A stretch of DNA of 63,680 nucleotides, filler included, from Dicyema japonicum (Eukaryota; Animalia; Dicyemida): NCBI GenBank assembly GCA_011109175.1. It is 7 parts of 7 records of this genome, joined end to end, with 100 filler letters (N's around TTAATTAATTAA, not from the genome) between each part and the next. Parts side by side here need not be neighbours in the genome. Positions count along the whole stretch, not along the records: positions 31,773 to 51,866 come from RDEW01000177.1; 6 more parts are not named here. One strand, given 5' to 3'. Shown here one piece after another: positions 39,205-51,535 of this stretch. Below the pieces are notes generated by a model. That model searched no databases, was not told the DNA's origin, and saw only the letters and a list, made by a program, of their open reading frames with translations. A program made the translations under genes and the position numbers. How positions within the stretch are numbered: the stretch's first letter is position 1; the number at the start of each line of letters is the position of its first letter.

Positions 39205-39899
39205 NCGGCGACGCGGAAACACGGTCCATGTGCGATTGTCATAAGATATATAATTCCGATTGCTTCATTTATATTTACTGGGGTCTCTAGATAAGAGCAC
39301 GTGTGACATTTATTTTCTCCACTCCATTGGTGAGGACTTGTTTGGCATGGTAAGTAAGCTCCTGTTGTAATTCATTTCCAGGATTGAGGGTTTTTCTTTG
39401 ACCGGTGAAGAATTCTGGTCCTTTTTTTGGACCGACGGTCGGAGGTGAATAGAGTTCATGTTGATTTTGGAGCCGATACCGAGTGATGGTTAGCTATCAA
39501 CCTATCATGGACACAATCCACTTTCTTCTGTGCGAGTGAGACTGCTTCTGATGTCGAACTACTTCTTGTTGCAATATAAAAAACAAATTATTATTTTACT
39601 ATCTTAAAAGATTAATTCTAATTAAAATGTTCTCTATCCAATTCGTTTTCTCTTCGAGTTATAAAAAACAAATTATTATTTTACTATCTTAAAAGATTAA
39701 TTCTAATTAAAATGTACTCTATCCAATTCGTTTTCTTTTCGAGTAAACCCAGTTGTCACAGTCTTTTTCCATTTCCTCAATATTTATTGACATCACTTTG
39801 CTCATACTCTTTCTTGAATTTCTTCATAATTAGACCGAGAGTAAATATCCTTTACCCTTTCATTAAGTTTATTATAACGCCGCGAAACGTCGACTTCGT

Positions 39900-41450
39900 T
39901 CCTATATGATACAATCATGCTCTCCAAAGTCTTCTTTATTACCAGCGATTCAACACGCGCATACGTTTATTCATTTATATTCAAAGATCTGGCATACTTT
40001 CTAGAATGTGAAGTCACTAGGCCATCCCAAGTGAGTACAATCGGGACAATCTTGATCTCTGCGTGGTGTATCAACTCCAGCTCTTTGGAAAAAAAATCAC
40101 TTCCACTGCTTTTCGCATTCCACCTGCTGTAGATTTTGGGAAGATGTTATTTCCACCTCGACCGAAATAATTTTGTTTATCCTTTTATCAAAAACGAACA
40201 GGTCTGGCTTGTTATGCTCAATAATTATGTCCGTTTTAATAAAGGTGTCAACTCTGATTTCAACCGAGTCATTCAATCTGGTTTCAGAAAGAAGGCCAAT
40301 CGCTTCCACATAATCCGCTAGCTTACCATTGACACACATTGTCATAAGTTTATAGAGTGACGACATGCATGTACAGGGCGTAATAGGGCGTAAGTCCTTT
40401 GGAGATTGTGGCGCTTCGCAATTTGGAATCAAGTACGCAATTTCAGTAAAAAACCAGTTTCCAGGGACGCACTCCTTTTAAAATCTTGAGCATTTCAGTA
40501 TGAATAAATTCATGCAGCGAGGTAAATTTGGTTGTCCATGCGAAATTTCCTGTTCGATTCAAATTTCGATATTTTTTTCTCCAACACTTTAATCTTATTT
40601 TGGATAAAAGGCATAATTCTGGTCCTTTCTCCGGATTGTTTTTTTCCTGTAACCAACTAGCTACAAAGCATGGCACTCCGTAGACTTCTCGTCAGTAGAA
40701 AGAGACTTCGTAAAAAACTTTTCAATAAAAACAGAATGTGATCTCCATGTTCAATTTTTTAGTCATATCCTCCATTCATTTTGAGGGCTCAAATTTCTTT
40801 GTAGTAAGAGTTTGATTGGCAGTTTGCCCAGCATAAATAATAGAGGTAATTTAATCCAAGCATTAATAACACGATTCAGGCGTTCGAGAATATCCACATC
40901 AACTTTTACATGAGGATTTTTTTTCGTACGCGGTCTTGAAGAATAGTCAATTGACTGATTCGTCCGTAACTCCCCAATAAAAGTACGCTCACAACTAGCA
41001 AACAACTTTGCCTCAATAAATGTCGAAGACACATCAGGCTTAGAATCTGAGGTCCCCTTCGAATCATGTCCATTTCTTGGTAATTGTTGACGTTTTTGGG
41101 CGTATATCAGTCTTCTAACTCAGCCATTGTTATTTCCTCTCCAAACTTAGATTTGAACCCTTCCAAGAGAATAGTCCACCACCTCTGGGGACACAACCGA
41201 GTCTAGAGCGCGTGCTTTCAATTAATGAGGTAGCCCATTGTTCTCGACAATCTGCTGTTGAGGAAGACCAGAAATTCGTGTTGTTTTGCTGAGGACGAAT
41301 TTCAAAAGCATCTGCGTAGAAACATGTTGAACAAACTCGGCGGTCGTTCGATTTGGGTTTTTTTTACTCAATACGGCACTGAAGTCCGCATAATCCAATA
41401 AATTTAGATGGTTCTTATCAACAACAACCATTAACAGCAGAATTATTATT
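39900..41450 (-). mobile_element. R4/Dong-like RLE-type non-LTR retrotransposon remnant with internal deletion
   Basis: RT start PKDLRPIT..C..LYKL is fused to restriction-like endonuclease HNKPDLFVFDK..ISVEV.IT...E.EK. Downstream IVPIVLTWDGLVT.H..KY...KKTLES. Confidence 0.7.
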
Positions 41451-43642
41451 ATTATTAAATATAATAAATTAATATTAATTTGATATTTTATTAAATACAA
41501 GTGACTGGAATTGACCGTTTTTGCAACTTAACCTTAAATTATGGTGCATCTTAATAACACTACTCCTACTGTCTAAAATTCCAAAATATTAAGACTGATG
41601 TTTGATACGTGTTTATCCTTCACGAAAAATGTTTGATGTGCGACAAATCGCAGAAAAGCTATTTGCTCTGCCCATGTAGGGAACGTCGTGTTGTCAAAGC
41701 AAAGAAAATTTATCAATAGAATACAGACAATTTCTTATAAAAACGTTGAATTATTCAGTTGTGAATTGGGCACTTGTCTGTTTATTAAGAATATTTAAAA
41801 CTCAAAAAATCCTAAAGTGTTCTTAAAAGAACTCCAATTGATCAACTCAACTGGAAGTCAAAAATACTCTCAATTACTGATCAATTCCAGATGCAAGGAC
41901 TACAATTCTTGAAAGCATTCAACAAACCGGACAACCTAGCCATTGCCATTTTTGACTTTTCTAAAAAGGGAAATACCAACTCTTGGAGATAAATATAAAC
42001 TACTGGATGTCGTCTAATACGATCCAAAAACTAGGATTAACATGTCTCTTTGTCGTCCCTCAATCGGGAATTTATGTATGTGAATCTTAATTTCTTTGTG
42101 ACTCTCTGTGTTCACCTTTACCTGTGAAGACAAAAATTTACCTGTAAAGACCGGACATGAAAAGTCACCATTTTTATGTAACTTGATGACAACGGGAGAG
42201 ATCACTTTTTTTCGTTTCCTGACCCGTCTTCTCTCTCCAAAAGGAATCAACCTTTTGCATTTTTTTGAACGTACGTCCTCATTGCCGAAAAGATCGGTTT
42301 AAATAAATTCATAAAGGACAATCCACCCAAATCATTTGATGTTATATTCACAATTATCTTTACTGGACAGGTTTATTATCAAAAACCTACATCGAAGAGG
42401 CACGAACCTTCTAATTAGAAAGTGGCCGTAACTAATAAAATTAAAGAGTGGAAGTCTCATTTGAATTTCATTTAGAAATTCTTTTGAATAACTCTATTAG
42501 AAAAACCAGTGGCGTGTCATGCACTATCATTGATTGATTATAGTAAGCGAGAAAATAAAGATACAGTAAACCTAAGTTATTCGCTATTAAATAATTACTA
42601 CATGTATTCCAAATTAAATATTGTATGACATCAAGGTAACAAAATTAATTAAATTAGAAGCTTGATTATGTCCTTCAAACACGCAGACTGAAGCCAACGA
42701 TCCCTAAAGAGTTTAACTTTTCTGCAAGCAGGACAAGAAGATATGAAATCTAAAGTACCCAACAGTTGGAAGAGGATGAGCTACGATATTAATTAAAGAA
42801 ACACTAAGGAAAAAATTAAAGGCGAATCCTATTAATAAAAAAATCCGTACGACTCCATATATACCCCCAAACTCGAGTACTAACTCACTAAGCCTATCGT
42901 TTCTGTATTAAAGGAAACTACCAATAGGAATCTGAAAGTATTTAAAGCTCGGTCTGTTACCCAATCTTTATATAAGGCACTCGAACTTCCACCCATAACT
43001 CCTGGAAACTTACTCGTCTCATAACTCCAAACTTTACTAAAACTTGATCTAATAATTATATTTTGTTTTCCATTATTTTTCTGTAATTTTGAATGTTTAT
43101 TCGAATTATTTTGTTGTGGTATGTTTTGGGAATTTTTCCTGGTTAAGTAGCTAAGTGGTAAAGGAACGCGACTAATGAACTTTTAGAAAACATTAATGGC
43201 TTATACCATCTGCTTTAAGAACCAGATTATAACAACTTTATTCACATTTCATGTGAGTAACTTAGAAAATTTTTTACTTATGAACCGGATCGTCTATATA
43301 GGATTTACACTAACTGAATAGAAAAAAAAGAAGTCTCTCCCTTTTCGATGAATTATCATAAATTTTTTTTATAAAATTGAATAATTTATTACGTAATTNT
43401 TCACATTTCATGTGAGTAACTTAGTAAATTTTTTACTTATGAACCGGATCGTCTATATAGGATTTACACTAACTAATAGAAAAAAAGAAGTCTCTCCCTT
43501 TTCGATGAATTATCATAAATTTTTTTTATAAAATTGAATAATTTATTATGTAATTCAGCTGAGGTAATTGACTGCACAAATTGTCAAAATTAGACTTTAA
43601 AATGTTTTTATAATGTCGATTAAATGAGACCTTTTGACAGAC

Positions 43643-43901
43643 CGTTACCGGAAGAACAAAAATCCACTTTGTATTAATTAAATAATGAATTTTTGCTTAT
43701 TTTTTTAATTAATAAAATTACTTAATTAAATTAATTTATTATATACATTTTTGTCCTGCATAATCTTTGTGGCGTTACCGGAAGAACAAAAATCCACTTT
43801 GTATTAATTAAATAATGAATTTTTGCTTATTTTTTTAATTAATAAAATTACTTAATTAAATTAATTTATTATATACATTTTTGTCCTGCATAATCTTTGT
43901 G
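43643..43901. repeat. Tandem duplication of about 130 bp
   Basis: CGTTACCGGAAGAACAAAAATCC...CATAATCTTTGTGG occurs twice head-to-tail with no N between. Confidence 0.85.
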
Positions 43902-44199
43902 GGTTTTTGAAATTTTTTAGTTATTTTCTTTGTATTAATTAGTCACAAAAACTACCAGTATTAATTTATTAGGTTAAATTCTAGGTTGGTTCATCAGAAG
44001 CTCCAACTTAAGCTACACACACAAGCTTCAAGGCTCAGAGGTACAGAAATGTGAAAGAATATGTAAAACCATATTTTTATATGAGAGCCCGAATCGCTCC
44101 ATACTTTAAACAGTTGGCCTGGACAGAGGAGATAGAAAACGGCCGGGCGGATTTACAATCTTGCCATTCGAGGAGGGGAAGCTATTGAGATGCCACTTT

Positions 44200-45870
44200 C
44201 ATCGACCACTACTCTCTACTCTCGGGTTCATTCTTAATACATGCCCAAATAGCCTCCACCGGGCATCTAGCGCATCCTTGCTGATGTACGAACACATACA
44301 CTTGTTATAAATACCAGTGGTTGATAATTTACGTGGCCACTCTATTCCTAGTAAGTTTCTTANAAAGGGTTTGTCGCATCTGTCAAAGTAATCTTCCATC
44401 GCTTTGTTAGCGGGTGCGTCCGGGTTCATTCTTTATACATGCTCAAATAGCCTCCACCGGGCATCTAGCGCATCCTTGCTGATGTACGAACACATACACT
44501 TGTTATAAATACCAGTGGTTGATAATTTACGTGGCCACTCTATTCCTAGTAAGTTTCTTAGTTGCATTCTATGGATCGAATCCAGTTTCGATACAGTCCG
44601 ACCTCGTTTCGGGGGACACCTTGGCGGTGGGGCACCCCCGCATTTCGGGGGATTTTTCATTTGGAGTCGATTTTCCAGCATTAATTTCCAAATTTGAAAA
44701 TTTTCTGGAGCCCCAAACCGTGAAACCAACATCAAAAAGACATAAATTATTTGATCACAAAGTATTTGAAATATTCCAGAAACTCAGCGAACCTAATTTT
44801 CCAATATCAGTGCCAATCATTAAAAAAATAGGCTTGGGAAATATAATAAACCTCGCTGTTTTAAAAATTTCGATGTTAAAAATTTTGTGTTTTATATTCA
44901 GCTTCCAAAAGTTTCATGGATGACTGGGAACATTTTTAAAAGCTGGTTATGCAAGCTAAATGAGAAATAGAATACTCAACAAAGAAAAATATTATTATTA
45001 CTTGATAATGCAGGATGTCATAAAACTATTGAATGCTCCTATATCTAATTCTTTTTTTGCCTAAAAATAGGATACCTTATACACAGCAATTAGATATGGG
45101 GATAATAAAAATATTCGAAAACTATAACTCAATTTTTTTATTCTAATTTTTATGGCTTCAGGGAAAGTTTTCTTAAAGAACGTCTTTTAAAACTTAACCT
45201 TCTTCAGGTTGTAATGCTGGTTTCAAAAAGTTAGAATGAAGTAACAGAATTTTCAATCACAGATTGTTGGAAACAAATTGAAAAAAATTTTGAATACTTT
45301 AGAACAGAACATTTGGAAACTTTGATAACTTTAGAACAGAACATTTCCTGCATAGCACCAAAGTCATTAAAAAAATTCTAGGAATTCCGAATGACAGTAA
45401 TGAGAAACATCCGAAATGGTTACACAATTGGAAAAAAAATAACCGATTACTTCGTTAAAGAGCGACTTGATAGATATTATTAATCATAAAATAAAATCTC
45501 TTACCTTTTTTACATTTATTGTTTAAAATAAAAGATTTTAGAATGGAAAAAAATAATAACCCATATTTTCGAAACACAAAGTGCCCAAACCGGGGATACA
45601 CTGTAGTTCGTTAAAGGAACTTCCCCAGGTCCCAGCGTTGTACAGTAGGATCGGTTTCACAAAGGCGTTGTAAAGCCTTATCTCATGTCAATTCAAAGTC
45701 TTTTGGCTCCTAACCTTCCTTCCCTCAGTTTAGCCATTGCCGCATTTTCCAGTGTTTTCCTCCTTAGCTTCTCCCAGTAGAGAGCCTATCTTATTAGAAC
45801 ATCTCCATTATTCATGAGTAACATCGTCTTCTATTTTGATTTCAGTAATTTCAGTTTTGTTTACATTGCA
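44200..45870 (-). mobile_element. RTE-like LINE remnant interrupted by a Tigger element
   Basis: IRLYNAFVKPILLYNAGTWG..EL|SKLDSIHRMQLRNLLGIEWP...RWRLFGHVLRM. Confidence 0.8.
44594..45603 (+). mobile_element. Non-autonomous Tigger/pogo element, TA TSD, imperfect CAGT...ACTG TIRs
   Basis: TA at 44592-44593 and 45604-45605. Internal SWMTGNIFKSWL...RKILLLLDNAGCH and QLDMGIIK remnants. Confidence 0.88.
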
Positions 45871-46039
45871 CCGATTGGCTTGGACAGAAGAGATGCATAA
45901 ACGAGGGGCGATTAATTCTCAGAAGCGATTTTGGAAATACAGATTTTTTTCTAGTTGATTTCCTTCAACAAAATCAACAAAATATGATAATTTTTTAGTT
46001 AGAAATTAATTATTTAAATAATAATTGTTTTAAATATTT

Positions 46040-46234
46040 TAAATAATAATGCGCCCAACTTTATAGTGAGATCTGATAAAAAAAATAAGTGCTCCGACTT
46101 TATTAAAGCGGATAAATTTTCCACACATTGTAAGCACTCTGCTGATTTTACAGCTTGCAGTAGCAATTAAATCGGGCGCATTTATTTCTGTTGAGGTGCA
46201 CATGCGGCCCGCAGATCGCATGTTTGACACCTCT
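46040..46234 (+). mobile_element. hAT (Charlie-like) right end
   Basis: ATGCGGCCCGC...GTTTGACACCTCTG resembles the CAGGGGTGTCAAAC terminus with its subterminal GCGGCCC motif. Confidence 0.45.
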
Positions 46235-46439
46235 GATTTATATCGATGAAAACCCTGATCTCTTCTCTCGGACAATTATTCAGTTGTGCGTTACTAAAAT
46301 ACTCAAACCTTTACTAATTTTCTTCATTCTACGAGAAGAGGTTTATTAAGTTTATAAAGAATGAACTAATATGCATCTTTGATTATTGAGGATGCATTAC
46401 ATCTCACCTAAATACCTTTAGTTTTTGTTATTCGCATTA

Positions 46440-47074
46440 TTCAAAATATTGTGATTTATAAATTAACGAAGAACATAACTATCGTGGAAGTGCTCATTGC
46501 TAACCATGAATGGAAAAACAATGGAATTGATAATATACAAAAAAAACGATTTTTTCGTAAACAAATAACCTACATCAAACAAAGTAGATCAAGAGCATGT
46601 TTGGCAGCCGAGAAACACAAGAATCAAAAAGAGCAAAATACTCTGGCCTATCCGACAATATTATCTTCTATCCCTTCTCAGGTAAACGTACGGTTCAATT
46701 TTGTCCTCAACGATCGAATTACTGATTTCGACATCAACTACCAAAAACATAATGACTATTTGAAATAATCTTAATCGTAGACCTGAAAAGGAATATTTAC
46801 TCAGTTATGGCGTTTCCGTATAGTCCTTAATGAACAATTAAGTCAATTGGAGGTCCATGTTATTCCGTGCGTCATGACATGGAATTATATCGGGACAAAA
46901 ATTAAACCCGTAGTATTTGAGGCTGTTGGAAGTAAATTATATACACTAATAACTGTTGTCAGGAGAATTCTTGATATCATGTATATAACGCACGTTACTA
47001 TGCAAAATACAATGCAAGTGGATAATGGTAAAAAGTTGAAGAATCTCTTTAGTGACGGAAAAAGATACACGTGA
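46440..47074 (+). mobile_element. Decayed RLE-type (R4-like) 3' fragment
   Basis: ITIVEV and VHVIPCVMTWNYIGTK parallel the C-terminus of the 39.9-41.4 kb element. Confidence 0.4.
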
Positions 47075-47492
47075 AAACAAATTTAATTAGTTGAATAGTT
47101 AAATCTTATATTAAGAGTTTGACCTAGAAGTAATTAACAATTTTAATATTTTTGAGATAATTTCTGATCCGGATAAAATATGGTAAAGTGATAAATTTTA
47201 AAACACAAAGCTATGTATAAGAAAATTTTCGAATACTACAATGAGACTGTATTATTTCTTGCGGGAACTCGGAGGAATGCTTGCCAGAAAGAAAAGGGAT
47301 CAACGAGAAGGGTTATGGCTGAGACTAAAGATTGGAATTGTCATACTCTAAGGAAACTCGTTCTCGATCCCGTGTTTCTAATATAATGTATGTTTCCTGG
47401 GGATTAACATTGATTTCCATTAATAGAGGTATGTTTATTCTAAGTTCGAATATTTTAACAGCGGTTATTATAACTGCAGTGAAATAATTGTA

Positions 47493-48856
47493 CAGTACGA
47501 CCTCGGTTTGGGGCACCATTGAAAATGAATTAAAACAAGTCATTGAATAAATAACTACCAGTCAGCCGGTTGGCCTGGACTGTTCATCCGGGTACCATGA
47601 ACCTAGCTCCAGACTCCATGGACTCTGTGTTTACAGGTTACGACCTAACAAGTATAAACTGAGAACACTACAGGAGGTACATATCAAGAAACCTTAAACA
47701 CTGGAAGATTAAAGATTATTCCCGAAGTGATATCGACATCATAGACAATGAACTCTCTATCAATATGGAGACATACTTAATGCTTTACGCAAGAAGGAGA
47801 TGGTCTTTACAAAGTTTACAATCCAACGGAGTATTCCTGAGCAGTCCAATACATGAAATAAAAATTCATGGTCAACAGAATCAAAGGCCTTCTTCACATC
47901 CACCCAAGCAGAATAAAGGGCGTTTCCATACTCCTTATTTAAGAATTGATTAATAAGGGCCTGTTCCTTAGCGCCCTGACAATGTTTCCTCGTTCCCAGC
48001 TGATTGTCAGATAATACAGTTTCCGAACATCAGAGAAATAAAATTGGATACAGAAGAAAAGCCAGACGAATTCTTTTCTCCACTTATAGTTTTGAATAGC
48101 AACTCGTGCTTTTTCTTGAACCGGTCGAGCCATCCATTTGATGCCTTAAATGATTCATAATTTAATTTTGTAGAAATTTTTTTTGCAATGAGTTTTAATA
48201 TGGTTGCAGAAATTGGAAGAAATTCATCTCTCAAACGTAGAAAAGTTTCAATAACTAATCTATCTATTGTAGACAATTTATCTTGTGTAGAAGATTGATT
48301 ATTTGGATCGCATGATTCCTTGTTTCGATCGCATTCAGTTAATCACACGTCAAAATAATAAACCAAATTTTGTTTAATGCGAGAAATAGTACCTGTAATA
48401 AACAATTATTTAAAAAGATACCTTTGCTCGTTTTATACTTTTTAGCGATATCTCTTTCTGAAAATTGACCATGTTTTATATCTTTAGCAATTTTAATTTT
48501 TGTTTCATAATTAATCTTTGAATTCTTTTTACGAACCATACAAGAATCAAAATAAACACGTGAAATAATAGTACTATTTAATAATTAATAAATAAAATAA
48601 CATTTTGTAATTAAATAAATTAAATATGTGCCCCAAACCGGGGTCATCAAAAATAAATAATATAATGAAAATTTACTGTTTTCAAAAACTACTATTTAAT
48701 AATTAATAAATAAAATAACATTTTGTAATTAAATAAATTAAATATGTGCCCCAAACTGGCGTCATCAAAAATAAATAATATAATGAAAATTGACTGTTTT
48801 CAAAAACTGCCCCAAAAACCGAGGGTGGACCACCCCTGGGGTCTGCCCTTAACCGG
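47493..48856 (-). mobile_element. Tigger/pogo element remnant (CENP-B-type HTH domains; DDE domain missing or replaced) with a 29-nt intron at 48393-48421
   Basis: TA+CAGTACGACCTCGGTTTGGGGCAC terminus. ERDIAKKYKTSKG|TISRIK and FKASNGWLDRFKKKH..KTISGE motifs. Subterminal GTGCCCCAAAC repeats inside a duplication of about 117 bp (48572-48806). Confidence 0.8.
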
Positions 48857-49140
48857 CAAAATTCAAGTGATCCCGGCGTCCCTCAACAGTCTTTGCATCT
48901 TTTCTCGGTGTTCCGACTGCGTTCCTGCGCACTTCCGATATGGACGGGGTCCGCATAATCGAGTCCTTTGGAGGGTCACTGTTACAGTCGTTTCTATTGT
49001 ATTTTCAAAGTTTCTGGGCAGGATTTCCACATGGGAAGATTTCCTTAGTAGCTTTGCTGCCTTTACCTGAGTGTTACAGATCTTGTCCAAATTCGTTGCA
49101 GCAAGGTCAGATCCAGAGACATTACATGAGTATCCTATTG
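48857..49140 (-). mobile_element. 3' fragment of a GIT-family LINE
   Basis: Ends RKCAGTQSEHREKMQRLLRDAGIT*. Confidence 0.65.
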
Positions 49141-49199
49141 TAGACTCGATGAATTTCTTGTATATGACATCCAGTCCACTCAGATTTTTTTGTCTTTAT

Positions 49200-49960
49200 G
49201 ACACAAAATAAAATTAGCCCGGTAGTATTATTATTAAACCCCTGGTAGGGTTAATACGGACAATCTCGCTAATCTGTGCGAGTTGGTCATACAGGGTGAA
49301 ATAGGGAGCAGTGTTCAGGACACATGCAAGCCTCTGTACGTTGAGACTGTTTTTCATGAGGAATAATGCTGTATGCATATCAAGTAGACACAAGCGGCGA
49401 AATTGAAATATGATAAAAATCAAGATTAAAAAAGTATGCCGAAATTGGAGACCGCTTTCGTTTTGTACCGGTGGCAATCGATACGTCTACTGTTGCAGGA
49501 AGTATCACGCCGTGTTACAAAGGAACAGTCTCGGAGAAGTGTATAAGGACAGATTTCTGATCCCTCAAGCGTGGCTTCCCATGCAATTTGATTCGTCCCG
49601 CTTTTCCTTACTTTGGAATTCAAGTCTCCAGTTATAAAGAGCTTGTATGAGCTAGACAGGGAAGAGTAAGCAGATTATAAGGACGAGTAGAAATTTTCAA
49701 ATTTTACTGTGGTCGATGTATATCGATGGAGTAATATTACGGTTGGTTTTGTGTGGTAGTTAAAGATGGCAATCCTGTCGCGTCCATGCATATAGCGAAC
49801 TCCATCCAATCATTTCGGCAGCCTGACGACGATAGGAGCAGTCGATACACGTTCACAACTTTAGTCTCCTGGAGACAGCATACAAATATTCCGAATTGTT
49901 GGAGGTCAGGAAAAAGTGTTGTCTTTTTACGTATGATGTGACTCCTCTCACATTTAATGA
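49200..49960 (-). mobile_element. RTE-like APE endonuclease remnant
   Basis: GIFVCCLQETK and DLNSKV motifs. Confidence 0.5.
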
Positions 49961-50496
49961 TCCAATGTAAAATAGGGAAGATTGAGTGCATGAAAAAGAC
50001 ATTTGTGCAAGAGAGACACGTCACCACCAAAACCAAATGATGATATCTTCAGTAACAAAGCCATTTATTGCATCCATCCTTAAAATCCATTCAAAAAGTG
50101 AATTATCAAGTTGATGATATTTACCACCTGGCTGTCTAGACATGTAAATCAGTGTTCATATTTTTCCCATTTTTGAGGATTTTTAAGAATTTCTGAAAAA
50201 AAACAAGTAAAGATTTTTTTGGTCGAGAATGGCGAAAAGGATGGCTGTAAAGCATGGCTCAAGTGAACCCCTTTTAGGGCTACGCGAAGAAGCTTTTAAC
50301 TAACTAAAGATTTTTATTTAGAAGCTTTGAAGCTGATAATTTCGCTTCAATTATTGATCGAGGAAATGGAAGAATACCAAACTGGATGACATGTTTGATT
50401 ATCACATTATGGATATGTTAGTACTTAATAGTTACCCTTAGGTCAGCATTGTTAGAACGTCTTTGTGGTCTAAAAACCAGAGATGTATCGTCCTCA

Positions 50497-51330
50497 TTAG
50501 ATAATTTGACAAGAGGGAAAAGCTGGAGCCCTCTTCCAACACGTTTCCATAATTTTATCTCTTCTGAGAGAATTGAATGCATTCGTTATGTCCAACTTGA
50601 TTCCAATGCATTCTTTTGAAACATTTTTATGTGTGAAGAAACGCCTTGCTGTATGAACCGTAGCCTCACATCCGTTCTGGATACTAACACCCATTTTTTT
50701 AGGAAAAAACTCCTCTCCAAGCTGTAGGCTCACCAGGGTTGATGCTAGCTTTACTGCAAGTCTTCTGAAATAGTTTCCGACCGCAATGGGGCGGATTCCT
50801 CCATTGAGTTTTTTGAAAGCAAGTTGCCTTGCAGAGAAGAGCAATACTATGTCATACTCTGAGATGTCTCCGTTAACCATTTTTCTGATTAGGTCCGTAA
50901 TTGATTTGACAAGACAGCGTCCAGCATCCAAGGTGTAAGAAGACGTAACGTCCTTAATATGGCCAGGACGTAACCCTTCCAAGCCTCCATTGCTGCTAGC
51001 GGCAAACGAAGTTATTCCGTGGAGCACTTCGGATTCTGTAATGATAATCTCCGGGGTTCCTTCGAGATTCAAAAACTTTTCATAGTCAATCTGGGTGCTT
51101 CAGTATTAAGGTATTTAGGACCTCGGGGTTACAAGACAATACTGTGTCATCGGACGTGACAACCCGTAAGGCTGCACGCACGTCGCCCTCCAGAAGTTTC
51201 CGGTATACTCTCATTTTTAGTTTATTTGGAGCATCTTTGGTGTATACTCCTCTGGTTTCGAGCTCATTGACATTAAGTGGCTGTTCAAGTATTGCGTGTA
51301 TGTTATGACAACTAAAATTCATTATGTTTC
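50497..51330 (-). mobile_element. CRE-clade non-LTR reverse transcriptase fragment
   Basis: EGDVRAALR..L.LKHP, SSNGGLEGLRPGH, GGIRPIAVGNYFRRLA.K, MGVS.QNGCEATVH and KLDITNAFNSLRR. Confidence 0.75.
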
Positions 51331-51389
51331 GTTTCAGTTTCCCGGATTAGTTGAGTATTGAATTTTTTTCATATTACTCATGAATGCGG

Positions 51390-51535
51390 TCCCATAAATA
51401 CTGTGAGCTATCCTTTACGATTATGCTAGGACACGAGGGAGGAACACTGGCATAGATGAAATCACTGTTGGAACGCATCGTGATCACTTTATAATTAGTT
51501 AGGTTTTAGTGATGTTTTGAGTTGCTAAATAAAAA
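51390..51535 (+). mobile_element. Short 3' end of a family-A-related LINE
   Basis: ACGAGGGAGGAACAC...TTGGAACGCATCGTGATCAC plus UTR and TAAA tail, similar to 8210-8309. Confidence 0.7.
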
